From assembly GCA_048939765.1 (NCBI GenBank), contig JBHLPF010000035.1, positions 1 to 38,439 of the forward strand: a stretch of 38,439 nt of DNA, read 5' to 3'. Each line of letters opens with the position of its first letter. The stretch's first letter is position 1. This document shows positions 36,672 to 38,439 of the stretch, one piece after another. A program made the translations under genes and the position numbers. The notes under the pieces are model-generated. The model worked only from the letters and a program-made list of their open reading frames with translations. It was not told the origin of the DNA and made no database searches. This stretch comes from Promethearchaeota archaeon. Lineage in GTDB: Archaea; Asgardarchaeota; Thorarchaeia; Thorarchaeales; Thorarchaeaceae.

Positions 36672-37277
36672 ATGTCTATCGAGATGGAATTGTTCCCTGC
36701 ACTTGAATTGGGACTATACAATGGATGGATTCTATTCCTTATTCTGGTGATTTCAGAGGGACTGATGTTCTTGATATTTCCACGTGAGGTGGTATCAAGA
36801 CTGACAGACTTTGACAGGTCAAAATGGAGCAAAACACAGAGAGTCTCATTTGCTACTGGAAAGACCTTTTCGCTGATCTGTATCATCCTGATTGTATTCA
36901 CACCACTGAAGATGGGGACCCTTGGGTGTGGAATTGGTATAATCATCTTTGGTCTTGGATTAGCAGGACTTGCTGCGTCAGTGATTACGTTCAGAAGAGC
37001 CCCTTTAGACAGACCTGTTACTGCGGGACCATATCGATTCTCACGCCATCCACAGCAGGTGTCTTTGTTTACACTACTCACAGGCATCTCAATTGCCATT
37101 GGCTCGGGGATTGCTTTCCTAGTCTTACTCATATCACGGATCCTCAATAGTGCTGGAGATAGGGCTGAAGAACAAGCATGCCTAGACTTCTATGGTGAGG
37201 CATATGGAGAGTACATGGAACAAGTGCCACGCTATCTCCTATTCAAAAGCCGCATCAGTAGACAAGATACTACCTGA
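36672..37277 (+). CDS. Isoprenylcysteine carboxyl methyltransferase/PEMT-family membrane protein
   Basis: PVTAGPYRFSRHP, AEEQAC...YGEAY.EY..QVPRY; start ATG 36672 after GGTGA. Confidence 0.88.
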   Translation: MSIEMELFPALELGLYNGWILFLILVISEGLMFLIFPREVVSRLTDFDRSKWSKTQRVSFATGKTFSLICIILIVFTPLKMGTLGCGIGIIIFGLGLAGLAASVITFRRAPLDRPVTAGPYRFSRHPQQVSLFTLLTGISIAIGSGIAFLVLLISRILNSAGDRAEEQACLDFYGEAYGEYMEQVPRYLLFKSRISRQDTT

Positions 37278-37343
37278 ACAGCCAACATCGGCAGGCCATC
37301 ATCCTCTGCCGTTCAGAATTATCGTCTGATACGCATCTTGTAT

Positions 37344-38189
37344 TCAAGGTCTTCGGCGCATCACGATAATATTGAGTGCAATGATAATTCCTGAGATTCC
37401 AAGAGCTATTGGGAGCGATCCCTCCACCAATGGACTGATTACTGTTGGAATAATACTAGTGGATGTAGTTGTTGTGGACGTGGTAGTTGTTGTAGTTGGT
37501 GTTGGTTCCTCAAGAACGGTAACAACAACCTGATCTTTGATTTGGTTGCACGCGGCATCAGTCACAATAATGCTATAGTTGTACACACCAGGCTCATGAC
37601 CGTCAACAATGATATTGACGTCGTTATCATATGAGTAGAAGCCGCATGTTAGCAATGATTTCTCCAATAGGACTAGATAGCAATCAGGATTTGCGTCAGT
37701 TGGAACCCATAGGATACTATGACCACTTGATCCCACTATGTAGGTAATATCTTCAGGTGAATTAACCGCAGGCTTTGTATCATCTGTGACAAAAGAGAAT
37801 AGTGCAGATTCCCAATTGTTATCGGTGTCGTTTGCGTAGAGATGAAGAATGTGTTGTCCATCACCGGTTGGTAGCTGAATCTCATATGGTTCGAAAATGC
37901 TCTCATTGATTCCGAAGTCCCAGGCGAACAGGACATGGCTCAGACTGAATGATCCTTCTATTGCGATATCTATGACTATCCCGGACCGTAGGACCGAGTT
38001 ATTCGCTGGAGATTCAAGCATGATAACAGATGCATCTGAGAGCCACATAGCAATCGCTTCTCTTGGATGCCCTTCTTCTTGAAGAGTCGGATATGTACTG
38101 ACTTCCGAAGAAATGACACAGATAGCAGAGATGACCAGTACAGCACCAAGCGTAAGAACAAGGACTTGATTGCCCCTTATTGGCTTCAT
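37344..38189 (-). CDS. Cell-surface protein with Ig-like domains, Thr-rich linker and C-terminal anchor
   Basis: Signal helix, LESPANNS, YANDTDNNW, PTPTTTTTTSTTTT, TM plus RRRP. Confidence 0.85.
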   Translation of the reverse strand: MKPIRGNQVLVLTLGAVLVISAICVISSEVSTYPTLQEEGHPREAIAMWLSDASVIMLESPANNSVLRSGIVIDIAIEGSFSLSHVLFAWDFGINESIFEPYEIQLPTGDGQHILHLYANDTDNNWESALFSFVTDDTKPAVNSPEDITYIVGSSGHSILWVPTDANPDCYLVLLEKSLLTCGFYSYDNDVNIIVDGHEPGVYNYSIIVTDAACNQIKDQVVVTVLEEPTPTTTTTTSTTTTSTSIIPTVISPLVEGSLPIALGISGIIIALNIIVMRRRP

Positions 38190-38439
38190 GCGTTCTTCCT
38201 CCAAGCGAAAGCACTCTATAACTCTCCTTGGCTATAAGTCTCCCCCAGTTTCCATTTCAAGGACTCAGTGACCTGAAAGCGAGCTTCTCTACCTTTTTTT
38301 GGAATGCATTTGGAGCTGAGAGCAGTGTTGTGTCCTCTTCCTGAAACGAATACGCCAACTTGAGAGCTTATTAAGAGGACGTTAGAAATCAATGGTGACC
38401 TTCTGATGAAGTGGAGTAGAGAGTCCCTATTTGCACTCA

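Noticed and set aside
1-38439. Selenoproteins, frameshifts, integrases or prophage genes
   Set aside because: Recognised proteins appear full length with no in-frame TGA at Cys positions; no integrase, capsid or transposase motifs seen
38205-38439. Partial gene at the right edge
   Set aside because: An open minus-strand frame exists but has no recognisable motif; it cannot be supported

Overview
Archaeal chromosomal window. Archaeal-type TPI, FBP aldolase/phosphatase, ABCE1 and PriL are present. The many anchored surface proteins and general gene content suggest an Asgard archaeon, probably Thorarchaeia; this is an inference, not a database result. It holds about 46 CDS, the 5' half of a tRNA-Arg(CCG) at the left edge, and an intergenic C/D-box guide sRNA (12321-12393) that the ORF track cannot show. 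The first ~26 kb is mostly housekeeping, metabolic and repair genes. The last ~12 kb is accessory. It contains an ArsR-HTH protein with a FYVE-like Cys8 finger divergent from a MacB/LolCDE-type ABC transporter; a membrane-anchored caspase/CHAT-like protease fused to a multi-helix hydrophobic domain and followed by a small membrane gene (candidate self-processing toxin/immunity pair); and a SatD-like cyclase-fold/HTH gene with its membrane partner, preceded by an AT-rich array of three 19-bp palindromes at exact 29-bp spacing. Other oddities are a natural Cys-to-Ala change in the ABCE1 Fe-S motif, a Par14-like parvulin, and a Nif3 paralogue lacking metal ligands. All family calls come from motif recognition by eye; no searches were run.
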